DNA of 64,000 nt from Octopus sinensis (GCF_006345805.1 NC_043000.1:42408001-42472000), one strand, 5' to 3'; shown: positions 1 through 12,758, numbered from the stretch's first letter. A program made the numbers and translations. Notes: generated from the letters alone by a model not told the origin.

Positions 1-101
1 TCTTATTCAGCCCGAGGCTGTAGTAGAAGACACTTGTCCAAGGTACCATCCAGTGGAACTGTTGTTAGGAAGCAAGTTTTTTACCACACAGCCACTCCTG
101 C
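1..101 (-). mobile_element. tRNA-derived SINE head (family with internal microsatellite), partial
   Basis: Reverse complement reads GCAGGAGTGGCTGTGTGGTAAAAAACTTGCTTCC...CCTTGGACAAGTGTCTTCTACTACAGCCTCGGGC. It has an A-box-like TGGCTGTGTGG and matches the heads at 5227-5385 and 49720-49807. Confidence 0.8.
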
Positions 102-142
102 ATCTATATACTTATATGCGTATGTGTCTGTATATATATATG

Positions 143-188
<46 letters not shown>

Positions 189-225
189 TGTATGTATGTA
201 TGTATGTATGTATGTGTGTATGTAG

Positions 226-798
226 AAATGTGACTACGGTGTTAAAAAACATCTACATTGCTAGAAATAAGAGCTAAAATGCTTTAATGCTGTACTTATC
301 GCTCATGAATGAAAACATACACACTAAAAGGGACATGACTCGTCCGAAAAATGCCGATCGAGAATTCTTAATACTGATGTCAGTCTCGGCAATTTCCGTT
401 GCCTCGTCAGTTAAGCCCACACGATCTCGGCCTTTTTCGAACTTCCTCATCCAAATTAATGGATGATTTAGCGATTCGCTTATGTGTATACATAAAATTA
501 ATATAAACAGCAGGCTGCAATGTTTCACCAAAACTGAGAATTATAATTGTCACTAAAAGTGATTAGGTAGTTATGTATACTGATAGGGAAATAAGTCCGA
601 AAATGGCCGAAATCAAGTGGGCTTAATTGATGAGGCAGCGGAAATTGTCGAAACTGACGTCAGTATTGAGAATTCTCGATCGGGATTTTTCGGTCGATTC
701 AAATCCCATGTTTTCATTAATGTGCGTTAACTACAGCATTAGAGCATTTTAGCTCCTATTTTAGCAATGTAGGTGCTTTTGGCACCCTAGTGACATTT
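226..798. mobile_element. Foldback/MITE-like element with ~210-bp inverted arms
   Basis: 226-444 aligns to the reverse complement of 593-798 (about 80% by eye) around a ~150-bp spacer. The right end reads CACTAGGGTG on the minus strand. No clear TSD. Confidence 0.75.
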
Positions 799-846
799 GT
801 GGACATCAAAGTATGCAATATTTTAGATACAGTATAGCTGGTTTTG

Positions 847-924
847 CAATTGATGTGAGCTAACTGGATGGTTATCCAATACAGTGTTCTTCTGGATAAC
901 CATCCAGTTAGCTCACATCAATTG
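847..924. repeat. Perfect 32-bp inverted repeat with 14-nt loop
   Basis: CAATTGATGTGAGCTAACTGGATGGTTATCCA (847-878) is the exact reverse complement of 893-924. Confidence 0.95.
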
Positions 925-1509
925 TTGTTATATTTTTTCTATATCTACCATCCACAAAGGGCATATGTATTAGATAACTACCCTGTTACCCTTAATATCC
1001 GGTATGAAACTGGTTGTTAAGATCGGCCGTAATGACTGCAGTCTATTGACTGAAACATTTAATTATGTATGGAATTCCTTTCTCTTTTATGCACCATACG
1101 TGGATGGCTAGAGACACCGGAAATGAGCAACATGACGTTCCTGGCCAGCCGTGTATGACACTTAAAATAGGAAGTTTTCACTTTTTCTTGTAATCATTTT
1201 TTGAAATCACGACTATGATCCGGGTTTAAATTTTCCTTTAAGTTGTCGATAGTTTTGTAAAGGTCACTTAGAGTTCATTTTGGACAATAAACTTAATACA
1301 TTCATGATAATCTTTAACGTGTCTAGACTTTCACAGAGTCCTCATTAGAAATTAAATCGGTATTTGTCTGTGTAACAGCATCATTTTACAATAGGTACAT
1401 GTGATTTATATAGAATTTATCAACTGAATATGATTCAATGGAATTTGAAATTTAATTGTTTGGTATTTTCATCCTTAGACACATATCTATTTGTTTTTGG
1501 CATATGTGT

Positions 1510-2200
1510 GTTGTCTTCGTATTAATTTTAGCATTTTGCTGTGATACGGAGAATGCTTCCATTATTAATAATCTATACCTCCTGGAAATGTTATATTGAA
1601 CAGACGTGTTATCAAAGCTCCACCTGTCTAATTTGGTATTGCGTTGTAAATCATATTGTGATGTAAGACGTAGGTTGTAAGTCGCAAGTAGTAACTACAA
1701 CACTTATGTTATAAGCATTGTTGTTGCTCTTTGTTTGAAGTCAATAGTGAGCTTACGAGCAAGTGTTGTACATCCATGGCTAATGTTAAAATACGAGTCA
1801 TGAAGTCTTACAGCTCCAAATTTATAAATCCTGCAACGCATTTAAAATGGTGTCTCTGATTTAGATGGCTATGGTTTGTCGTGGATACAGAAACTTTTGC
1901 TTTAAATGTTTTTGTAGAATATTATTAGAATTAGTATGTGGCCTATTACTACGTATTTTTTGTTCCCGCTAATAAAAGTATTAACGTGGATTCATCTGTA
2001 TAATAGTTAACAGGCATTTGAATCATAGTATACTTGCGAAAGTTGTGTGTATTTTTAATATGTGTAATATCTGATATGATTGTCGCGTCGTATTTCTGTG
2101 TATATTCCTCTTTGGCTTGGTCTATTTGTTTGTCAGAATAATCGTTGTTAATTAGTGCTTGTTTTGTTCTATGGAAGGTCATAAAGGATTTAGAAGTTTA
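1510..2200 (-). mobile_element. Penelope-like retroelement relic (RT C-terminus plus GIY-YIG endonuclease)
   Basis: Broken frames give FHRTKQALINNDYSDKQID (cf. IKQxLxNNGY), IYKF...SYFNISHGCTTLARKLT (GIY-YIG core) and RYRLLIMEAFSVSQQNAKINTK (cf. RLxILEALxI...INxQ). Confidence 0.72.
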
Positions 2201-2509
2201 TTGCTCTAAACGAATTTTAAGAGACTCGTGCGTAATGGTGAAAGAAAAATTCTAACAAAAAGTTGAAATTAGATACATAATCGTTCGTGTTTACAATAAA
2301 AAGCAAACAGTCATACACACACATGCATGCACACGTACATACATATATACGTACATACATACATACATACATACATACATACATACATACATACATACAT
2401 ACATACATACACAAAGATATATGTAAAAGATATACAAAAGTTTAGACACTGACACACAAACCTCAGACACTCGTATATACATACATACATACATATATAT
2501 ATACATACA

Positions 2510-2571
<62 letters not shown>

Positions 2572-2696
2572 ATATATATATATATATATTATATATATAT
2601 ATACATATATATATACATACATACATATGCGCATACTGGCAAACTTTCTATTTGCTTTCATTATATATTTTTCATAAGGACACCCGAGGTACCTAT

Positions 2697-2742
2697 CTGC
2701 TAGAAAGTGGAGGTAATACACCCAGGTAAACCACCAATGACA
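2697..2742 (-). pseudogene. Second copy of 46-nt exon-like cassette, donor mutated GT to AT
   Basis: Acceptor ttctattgtatatttcag; exon (V)[15 protein letters not shown]; followed by ATAGGT where the other copy has GTAGGC. Confidence 0.3.
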
Positions 2743-3178
2743 CTGAAATATACAATAGAAAACAACAGTAGTCGGGCGAACGGGTAATGAGTTTAGACAT
2801 ACCATTATAGCTAAATGCTATATAGTCTGGCAATTGGATACACTTGTATCATGATTTCGAGTTCTGATGAAAAAGCTTTAACTCTCCTCGGCAAGTTTTA
2901 CCAAGGGAAAAATTCAACTCGTCACGTTGAATTCTGCCAGCGTTCTGATTTGTTTCGCATGAAAATCAGAACAGCTTCAGGGTAAATATATTAATAAAGA
3001 ATAAATATTCAAATGCGAACATTTCTTTAGATATTATTATTGCTATTATCGTCTGCGGTAAATATAAATAATTGGCAATAACAATAACAGTAATATAGAT
3101 GGTTTCAGGAGTTAACTAGCGTTACATAGCTATAGAATTAAAATTTACATTTATCATAAGGACACACGAGACGCCTAC

Positions 3179-3224
3179 CTGCTAGAAAGTGGAGTTAAAA
3201 TCCCCAGATAAACCATCAATAACA
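3179..3224 (-). CDS. Candidate 46-nt internal exon (phase 1 to 2), hydrophobic peptide LLMVYLGILTPLSS(R)
   Basis: Long pyrimidine tract ending ttatacttttcag, donor CAG|GTAGGC. Differences from the paralogous copy are partly synonymous or conservative in this frame. No protein recognised. Confidence 0.35.
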
Positions 3225-4110
3225 CTGAAAAGTATAACAGAAAACAGAAAAACTGAAAAATACAACAGAAAGCAGTTGTTTTCTGTTGCATTTTTTGGTT
3301 CTTTTACGTATTTGTCTTCCTCAACTCACTCACGCTATTTCTTCCCTTCCCCTCCAACTCCCCTTCACTTTCCCTTTATAACACATTCTTTATCTCGCTG
3401 TCTGCATTCATAGAGAGAATTATCATCGCCACAAACAACACACAATCATGAGAACAAATATTATGAATCAGATATTTATTGCATTCATTTATATATGTGT
3501 GTGTGTTCTATATATAAATATGTATATATAATGTATATATACAAAGTGTATATATCTGTATTTATGTATATTAAACTTTTTCATACTTTTTCATAGTTAT
3601 ATATATTTTTAAACAAATTATAAATATAATTTAATAATTTTTATTTTCAATTTAAATAATTTAAATTTTTCAATTTTATATTTTCTATATTTTCTATATT
3701 ATATTTTTTATTTTTGTTTTTGGTTTTTCACTGTTTGATTTGTCTATTAGTGGTTTTATCTCTAATTTAATTTATACAGATATATATGTCATTTGTATAC
3801 ATTTGTATATATAATGCGTGCACACACACACACACACATATATATATACATATATATATATATAATGTGTGCATTATGTGGTCGGTCGGTTCAGCTGAAA
3901 ACATGCACACCTATGTTAAAAGTGCTGGCAAGTTTGCATGACAACTATTTTTTTCCTCAAATGAAAGGCGTGACCTCTAGGACAAAATTCCTCATCTTAT
4001 AAAATGTGGCCCCAGCAGGCCCGAATGAAATCGGGTTATATAAACCAAAATATGAAAAGGGGCTGGAAGGGGATTAAAATTTAAAGGAGCGAGTGTTTAG
4101 GAATTCTCTG

Positions 4111-4385
4111 TTACATCAAGCTAAAAAAATTGCGCCAGCCTTTTAATCGTCAATGTGTTGCCGTCCATGATGAAGAAGTTTTGAATGCTTGCCATAGTGA
4201 GTCTACTGTCGTGAGAAAGAATCACTTCAAAACTTGGTGTTTACGAATTTTCTTTTACATCAAGTTCAAAATTTTACGCCAGCCGTTAAACTGTCAAAAC
4301 GTTGCTGTCCGTCGTTAACAAATGCCAGCCATGGTGACTCTACTATCATCAGATTCTATCCCTTCAAACTTTAGTTTCCAATATT
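4111..4385. repeat. Diverged two-unit tandem repeat, period 144 bp
   Basis: TTACATCAAG...CGCCAGCC...GCCAT(A/G)GTGA(G/C)TCTACT...CTTCAAA starts at 4111 and again at 4255. Confidence 0.8.
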
Positions 4386-4669
4386 TTATTATTTTTATTC
4401 AGCTCGCAAGTTCGTCTGTCCCTTTTAAATGTTAGCATTTTGCTGTCTGCCTTGAAGCAGATCTTTCCGTTATCACTGCCTGATATTTATGATTGATCTT
4501 TCTAAATATTTCATTTCTCAACTTACTCAAGATCTTTTGTTGTTTATAAATGGGAGAGAGATAGATAAAGATAGAGAGTAAGAGAAAGCGAGGGAGAGTC
4601 TGAGAGAAAAGAAAAGTAAGAGAGTGGGAAAGTGAGAGAGAACGGAGAGAGAAACAAAGAGGGAGAATC

Positions 4670-4973
4670 ATCATCATCATCGTTTAACGTCCGTTTCCGT
4701 GCTAGCACGGGTTGGACAGTTTGAACGGGGTCTGGGAAGCCAGGAGGCTGCACCAGGCTCCAGTCTAATCTGGCAGTGTTTCTACAGGTGGATGACCTTC
4801 CTAACGCCAACCACTCTGTGAGTGTAGTGGGTGCTTTTTTCGTGCCGCCGGCACAGGTGCCAGGGGAGCTCGCAGCGGCAACGATCGGTTGGTGCTTTTT
4901 ACGTGCCACCGGCACAGAAGCCAGTCAAGGCGGCGCTGCAATCGGCCACGTTCGCATGGTGCTTTTTACGTGC
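4670..4973 (-). mobile_element. SINE 3' part with V-domain-like core and (ATG)n tail
   Basis: (CAT)n-CGTTTAACGTCCG tail, GGATGACCTTCCTAACGCCAACC core (resembles the V-SINE domain, from memory) and three internal GGTGCTTTTT(A/T)CGTGC repeats. Confidence 0.7.
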
Positions 4974-5040
4974 TGAAAGGAAGCAACAGAAGGTAACAAC
5001 CACACTCTTACCCGCGCGTAGAGCGGGTCACCTTCAGCTA

Positions 5041-5086
<46 letters not shown>

Positions 5087-5097
5087 GTATCTCTCTC

Positions 5098-5147
<50 letters not shown>

Positions 5148-5177
5148 TATATATGTATGTATGTATGTATCTCTCTC

Positions 5178-5221
<44 letters not shown>

Positions 5222-5226
5222 TTAAG

Positions 5227-5385
5227 CACAGGCGTGGCTGTGTAAGAAGCCTGCTTTACAATCACATGGTTCCAGATCCAGTTCCATTGCGCGGCACCTT
5301 GGGTAAATGTCTTTTACTCTAGTCTTGGGCCGACCAAAGTCTTGTGAGAGGATGTGGTGGACGGAAAATGAAATAAGCCCGTCTT
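5227..5385 (+). mobile_element. tRNA-derived SINE head
   Basis: CAGGCGTGGCTGTGTAAGAAGC...GCACCTTGGGTAAATGTCTT...GGGCCGACCAAAG...GACGGAAAATGAAATAAGCCCGTC, then (TA)n. Confidence 0.8.
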
Positions 5386-5399
5386 ATATATATATATAT

Positions 5400-7790
5400 A
5401 TACATATGTAGAAGAGCTAGATTCCAGTGCTTCATCTAGGGCACTTTCTACTCTATTTTTCTTAGTCACTAACTCTTTGCTATACCTAATAGTCTCAAAT
5501 GTTATGGCTCTTTTGACGGCATACCACCATTCGTTGTTAATAATGGCACCACACAATGTCCTCATTGTTAACTGTCTAATCCGACTCCTGTACTTCTCGT
5601 AAGCCAAAGTGACTTATTGAGTTTGCAGTAGCCGAAGTCTTGACTACGTAGCTTATCTAAGTCCAGCCTACAGGTCACAAATTTGTGTTCACTGTAGCTG
5701 ACAGTGAAATTGTGGACGACTAACTAGGTTTTATCTATTTTCCCTAATTAGAATTATGTCTAAATAAGATCTAGATGACCCATCGCTATTAGTCCATGTC
5801 TACAATGGAGCGTCTTTGACATCTAGTTTGTACCTATCTGCCAGCTGAAGTCGACTAAGCAGATTATTGAAGCACGCTTTTACCTTCCTATCAGTAGACG
5901 AGCTAACGTAATCTACGCATGCATCGCAGTCACCTAACATTACTATGGTATGAGATGTCCCAAGAAACTTTTCCAGGCCTCGAAAAAAATCGGACTATCC
6001 AGTTCCTGAGGGAGCGTAGGCAGCTTCCAGCCTGAAGACCTTACTGCTGCTTAGTGTTACGTCAAGTACGGCCAACTTACCAGGTCGATGAAGATAGTTC
6101 TCGTCTCTAAATCCAGGGTGTTTCTGAGCAGCACAGCGACGCCTCTCCCTCCTCCAGGTTGGCATGGAGAAATAATTTTCTCGTAGCCATTTAGGAGAGG
6201 GGGGAAAGTCTCTTTGACTATTGAGTCTGGACTCTGTGGCAACTATAATATCCATTCAATGCGACCTGAGATCATTCAGGAAACCACTTGTTTCCACTCT
6301 GATTCCAGGCTGCGTACATTCAAACACCCTGCATTAAGAATATCCATAGCGGTTATACTTACAGTTTTAGATGGGTTGGCATGTCCATCTCGTTCCTTTT
6401 GTTTCTCGTCCGGAGCTTGCGAGGTGTCGTTGACTATGCCCTCAAACATTAGTGGATAAAGCCCTTCCTCTGAGGACCCATGTCGGATTTTAAATCGATT
6501 TGCCAACATGTTATAATTGGTTCGGTCAATTATGTAAATTGCCATGTTTCGGGGGATGTTTTTCCTCTCGTAGTCTTTGATTATGTTGGCCGCAATCGGG
6601 TATGTCTTTTAATTGCTGCAGTAGTGACTTATTATTCATCACTAATGCAGTATAATCCATCTCTATATGAGCGGAGAACATTTTTGGATAGGATTTTTTT
6701 GTACTTGTGTGTTCTCTTTGTTGCTTTTTTTTGTTTTGTTGTAATGCTAGTGGTTTTGGATGGGGAAGACTTTTTAAAAAATTCTGCTCTGTTTCATTTC
6801 CAGAAGTTTCCTCATGCGATTCACCTGCAACTTCTGGTTATTTTTCTACAGGTGGGGAAGTCGCTGCTTTTTCAGGGAGAGTTTAGTACTCGACCATAAT
6901 GTGGCCATTTTCACCACACTTGTATCAGCGAGGCTTCCTTCCCTTTACCGTGATTCGCAGCTTAGTCTCCCCTACCTGCATAGTTTCTATAATATTTTCT
7001 AAATCAGTCGGAGCAGCCTGTATAATTATTTCGAGACCTTGCTCCTGCCAGTTCTGCAGTCCCGGCGCTAAGGCTTGGAGAATTGTGATCTTATCCCCCG
7101 AGCCGTTTATTATGGCTGCTACCAGCCAAGCGGGGCCAACTTCAAGTGGCACGTCTCCTTCCTTAATCTTGGAAGTCCGTCTTCCAAGAAAAGTAGTTAG
7201 GAGTACCACCTTTTAATGGTGTCGTCGACGCTTGTTTTGCCTGTTCCTCGATTTTAAAACGGACTTCTATTGGGACATACCTCACTCCTCTTGTGACTTA
7301 TGCCCCCGCCTCTTTACTTGCGTTATCCAGTTTTCTTTGCTTCGGTCATAAAGGATGTGTATACCACTCCCTTTCCATCATACCTTTGTATTTTCCAAGC
7401 TCATCGCTTCCACAAACGCTACAAAATTGCTAGCTTTTCTTCCTTGAATAAACTTTTCTCCTATCGGCATGCTATTTAAAACTGTACTGACTTCTCCGCT
7501 TCTGATATCTTTCCATGCACTTGTACCAGGTCTTGGTTTTAATAGGTGATTTGTCCATTTTTTCTTTTTTTGAAAAATACTACAATGTTTTTTCTCCTGT
7601 ACACAAGAGGGAAAGCGTTAACAAAGGACTGCAACGAGCAGAATAATATTTAAAAGATTCAACAAAAGTTCAACAACATAATGAATCAACAGTGCAAATT
7701 CAACAATTAAACACAAATATTACAACTTACACCAAACTTTTCGAACAAAGCCACAAACAACATTTACGAACAAGTCGAGTGAAAAAAAAA
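5400..7790 (-). mobile_element. L1/Tx1-clade LINE 5' portion: 5'UTR, ORF1 with zinc knuckle, ORF2 APE endonuclease (degenerate)
   Basis: ORF1: FLGRRTSKIKEGDVPLEVGPAWLVAAII...KGRKPR-YKCGENGHI. Endonuclease: CLNVRSL, DIIVATESRL, GGRGVAVLL, FRLEAAYAP, MLGDCDA, TWTNSDGSSRSYLD, GYCKLNKSL, EWWYAVKRAI. Stops and frameshifts present; RT absent. The 5' boundary is approximate. Confidence 0.85.
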
Positions 7791-8269
7791 TCAATGTTAA
7801 TTTATTGATGGGGAGGTTTATGTCTGTATTATCAGACAATTGCAAAACAGGTTTTAAAAAGTCAAAACTCTGCAAAAATTCGGTACAAATTCTTCATGGT
7901 TCAAAACGGTGCTTACATTTTACTCAACCTGATATTTATAGAGATGTGCATAACATGCTACATACGTATACATACGCTGAAACAAGCATACATGCATACA
8001 TTTACTTAAATACACAGACACATAGATTATATTAACACGATGAACTCAACAATAGACTTTTTTTTTTTAACCGAAGACATTGTGGAGATGTGTTAACAAC
8101 AAACGTAGGTAGCGAGGTATTTTTATAAAGGAAGAAACATAGACAGACAGGAGCACAAACTTAAAAGATGATTGTTATGGAGTGTCCGATAACGTTTGAA
8201 ATAATGATCACATAAGCGTGAGTGTTGATGGTGATAACAGCCATGTATTTACATATACATACAAATTTA

Positions 8270-8355
8270 TTCATACATACCTATCTCTCTGCCTGTCTGT
8301 CTATCTGCCTGCGTACCTATCTCTCTGCCTGTCTGTCTATCTGCCTGCCTGCTAG

Positions 8356-8426
<71 letters not shown>

Positions 8427-8600
8427 GTCTGTCTGTCTGTCAGTCTGTCTGTCTGTCTGTCTGTCTGTATCTCTGTCCGTCCGTCGTCCATCTGTGTGTG
8501 TATATGTGTGCGTGAGTTTGGGGTGGATGTGGTCTGTGTGGTCTGTCTGTCTATCTACCTATCTGTCTCTCTGTCTGTCTATCTACCTATCTGTCTATCC
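8270..8600. repeat. Compound (TCTA)n/(TCTG)n microsatellite
   Basis: Direct reading. Confidence 0.95.
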
Positions 8601-8709
8601 ATATTATTTTCATGTCACCTATTGCTTTGAGAACGACTTATTTGGGTGTAGTAACTAACATTATCATGTAAAAAGAATTTAGCGTAACGCTTATTTGCTA
8701 TGGTCTAGA

Positions 8710-9020
8710 ACTTAGTAGATTGTTCCATAAATGCTTAGGACGTTGTCTCAATGTGTATAGTCAATAAAAATGCTTCATAGCATGTTCATAAGAACTTTTA
8801 AATCATAGTGCAATTCACACTATTATTATTTTAGACACCCTAATAGTCAGATGAAAATGGCGTCAGCCAACCACGTACATGATATAAAAACCAAGTATAT
8901 ACCATTCAATCTCCAATGGAAAACGTTATCAAGAAGAAAATGTTATCCTGGAAGCTGCAACCCATGCAACCTACGCACGAACGAATATTTGGAAAACAAT
9001 ATTCTCTGAAGACAACCTAC
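8710..9020 (+). mobile_element. Penelope-like GIY-YIG C-terminal relic
   Basis: SMFIRTFKS*CNSHYYYFRH...SANHVHDIKTKYIPFNLQWKTLSRRKCYPGSCNPCNL, cf. TFKxRYxxH...LSKHIWxLK...WKIL...CNLC. Confidence 0.7.
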
Positions 9021-9581
9021 GAAACAGAATTACTTGAAGGATTCTACCTAGTCATAAACCATGTACGACTTGTAAATACATATTATCAGATCAGGCTTTT
9101 GATGAGAGAAACTAGATTCCACACGATGTGCGAAATTTCCCAGAAGAGCTTTGAGCGGGATCACTGGAGGAGAAGGGCGAAAAGAAATGCTGTCACGTGC
9201 GCATGAGCGCTTAAATTCACTACAAACACGCTGATACCCAAATGCTGATGCAGTAGCCTAAAGTGCCAACACAACACATCTGATATCGGCTACAGATGTC
9301 AATGGAAGTTGTTTTGTTATGTATGCATGCATGGTAGGTTATATGAAATTATATAAACTGCACACTTCGGTGAGCATCAGATAATCATCAAATAGTTGAT
9401 CTTGCTGTAGAATGAAGAAGTGAAATTGCCTATCGAAACCAATTCTCATTTAAGTTAGTAAGCTTGCGTGCTCAAGATTATAGTGAAATTATATTGCTTT
9501 GCTTCTAATGAACCATGCACCGTTCGGTTTGCTACCGATAACCAAAATACATACACAAGCTGATAACCAAGCACACACACA

Positions 9582-9636
<55 letters not shown>

Positions 9637-9897
9637 CACAGAGTGTCAGACACGCATGCACTCTTTCTCTCCTTCTCTTCCCCCCCCTCTCTCTCTCACT
9701 CATACATAACAGTTGGAAAACAACGGACGAAAGCTTAGCCAAAATCAGGAATAGAGTATTTTTGCATTCGGTTAGCCGGAAACAAAACGTGTTTACTCAA
9801 AAATATCTTCGAACATGTTTTAGTTCGATACAACATTTAGTTCCAGTCAGTTCTGGAATAAGAATTACGCACACAAACACACACACACACACACACA

Positions 9898-9931
<34 letters not shown>

Positions 9932-10932
9932 ACACACACACACATACACACACACACATACACACACATACACACACACAACATACACAAATGTATGTAC
10001 ATATAGAGTGTGCAGCAAAAAGAAGCATACCGCATTTTACAGGTTGACAAATATTTTACGAGCAAACGCACAATTTGCACCGATCCAATCCACGATAGTA
10101 GCTAAAAAACGATAAATCATGAATACTCCATTACCATAAGCCTAAATTTACTAACGCCACAGCAATGCTCGTATAATATACATTTTTACATACATGCATA
10201 CATACACACAAATATATACATAAATGTGTGTGTGTATTTGTGTTTGTGAGTGTATGTATATATATGCATGCAAGCATGTATGTTTGTATGTTTGTATGTA
10301 TGTATATATGTATGTATAAAGGTGCTTGTCGTTTCTTGTGAACGATGCTTTCATGCTATTAACCTGGAATTTGAGCACACCAATCTTCACCGAACATTCA
10401 CCATAGTTGATGAAATAAAATACAATATGCCAGCCTCTCAATTAATGCGTAACATTTTTTTGTTGAGCAAAATTATCGTAAAATTTTTATACAGTGTTCG
10501 TACGCTGAAATTAGTTCTTTTTTTTTTGTTCATTATTAGAGTATGTCGATTTATTTGCTGCTTGTCACTTAAACGTAAACTATATCATTTCAAACCATTA
10601 CATAACTTGTTGGCGTTTTCAAATATAACTCATAGAAGGCCGGTAGCTCCACCCCTTATAGCCATATTAATCTTGACAGATATGTTTGCCATTAACTTTT
10701 GTGTTTGCAACAGCATATAAAACATGTCAAGGTTGTATGGCGGGCTATTAAATTATCTTTCTCTGTTCCCGATGTAAAATGCATCTATCCTACGGTTATC
10801 TTTTAGACTCCCTTAGCCTGCTATAGGACGCTGGTACACGTGAACATATCTCCGAAATAACACAACGTAGAGAATATACAATCTATATGAAATACGCTAT
10901 ACTCCTACAATACTCACTGTGATGCACATAAT

Positions 10933-10964
<32 letters not shown>

Positions 10965-11559
10965 GACGCACACACACATACATGAGTGTGTATGTACACG
11001 TATACATATATAAACTCATATATACATATTTACATACATACATACACACATATGTATATGCACACACACACACATATATACATATACACAAATATACATA
11101 TATGTGTGTGTGTGCATATGTGTATGTGTGTGTTTCTGTGTATGTATGTATACACACATATCCACAAAGACTATTTGTACAAAATATACGCATTTACACA
11201 CGTGTTCGATAAATGCAGTCAATTTCTCTTCATTATTGTGTTTCAGTATGTCTTTTTGATAACGAAGAATTTCCAATAATGCCAACAGTGTGTAGCTGTA
11301 TGAAACCTTTATGTATAGAATTCCTGCTCCTACTTATCAGAGACATACATGCAACGGGTTGTTGACATTTCTGCCACGAACCTGTATCGACTGCTGTCAT
11401 GTTTCTTTTGTCGTAGACAACTGTACTCTCAGTATGTGGTCGGGCAGTATGAAATAGTTTTAGAATGTTTTGAATTTAATTCAAACATACCTCGTGCACA
11501 CCGACCCAGAGAGACACACATGTATACATACACAGCTACACGCGCATATATATTCCCAT

Positions 11560-11562
11560 ATA

Positions 11563-11627
<65 letters not shown>

Positions 11628-11922
11628 ATATGTATATATATATGTATATATGTATATATATATGTATATATATGTATATATATATGATATATATGTATAG
11701 ATGTATATATCTATGTATATATATGTATATATATATGTATATATATATATATATATGTATATATATGTATATATATGTATATATATGTATATATGTATAT
11801 ATATATGTATATATATATATGTATATATGTATATATTATATGTATATATATATAGTATATATGTATATATATTATATGTATATATGTATATATATATGTA
11901 TATATGTATATATATGTATATA

Positions 11923-11969
<47 letters not shown>

Positions 11970-12201
11970 CATACATGCATATCTAAATATATATGTGTGT
12001 GTGTGTGTGTGCACACTCACACACATTCACACATAAACACTCGTGTCTATGTCCGCGCGTATGCATGTAAATATAAATATGCTTTTAACTTACTTTTAAC
12101 ACCATCTACATACATATATTTGTATATATGTATGTACACACACACACATGCGCACACATGTATATATATATGTATATATATATATCTATATATATATATA
12201 T

Positions 12202-12244
<43 letters not shown>

Positions 12245-12595
12245 ATATATATACACAGATGCACATATGTACAAGGAGAGACAACGAAAAAAAGACAGGA
12301 AGAGAAAGAGAGTAAAGTAGATAAACAGATACGTATGCGTGTTTGTGAATCTCTGAGGGCATACATATAAAGTGAGAGACACTTAAAGGTATACATACAT
12401 ACATGCATTCATAGAAACAAGCATACATACATACATACATACATACATACATACGTACATACATGCATACATACGTACATACATGCATACATACATACAT
12501 ACATACATACATACATACAAGCATACATACATACATACATACATACATACAAGCATACATACATACATACATATATACATGCATGCATACATACA

Positions 12596-12629
<34 letters not shown>

Positions 12630-12716
12630 CATATATGCATATATGCATGTATGTATGAGAGAGTAAGAGTAAGAGGTAGAGAGAGAGAGAGAGATAGATA
12701 GATTGAGAGTAAGAGG

Positions 12717-12758
<42 letters not shown>

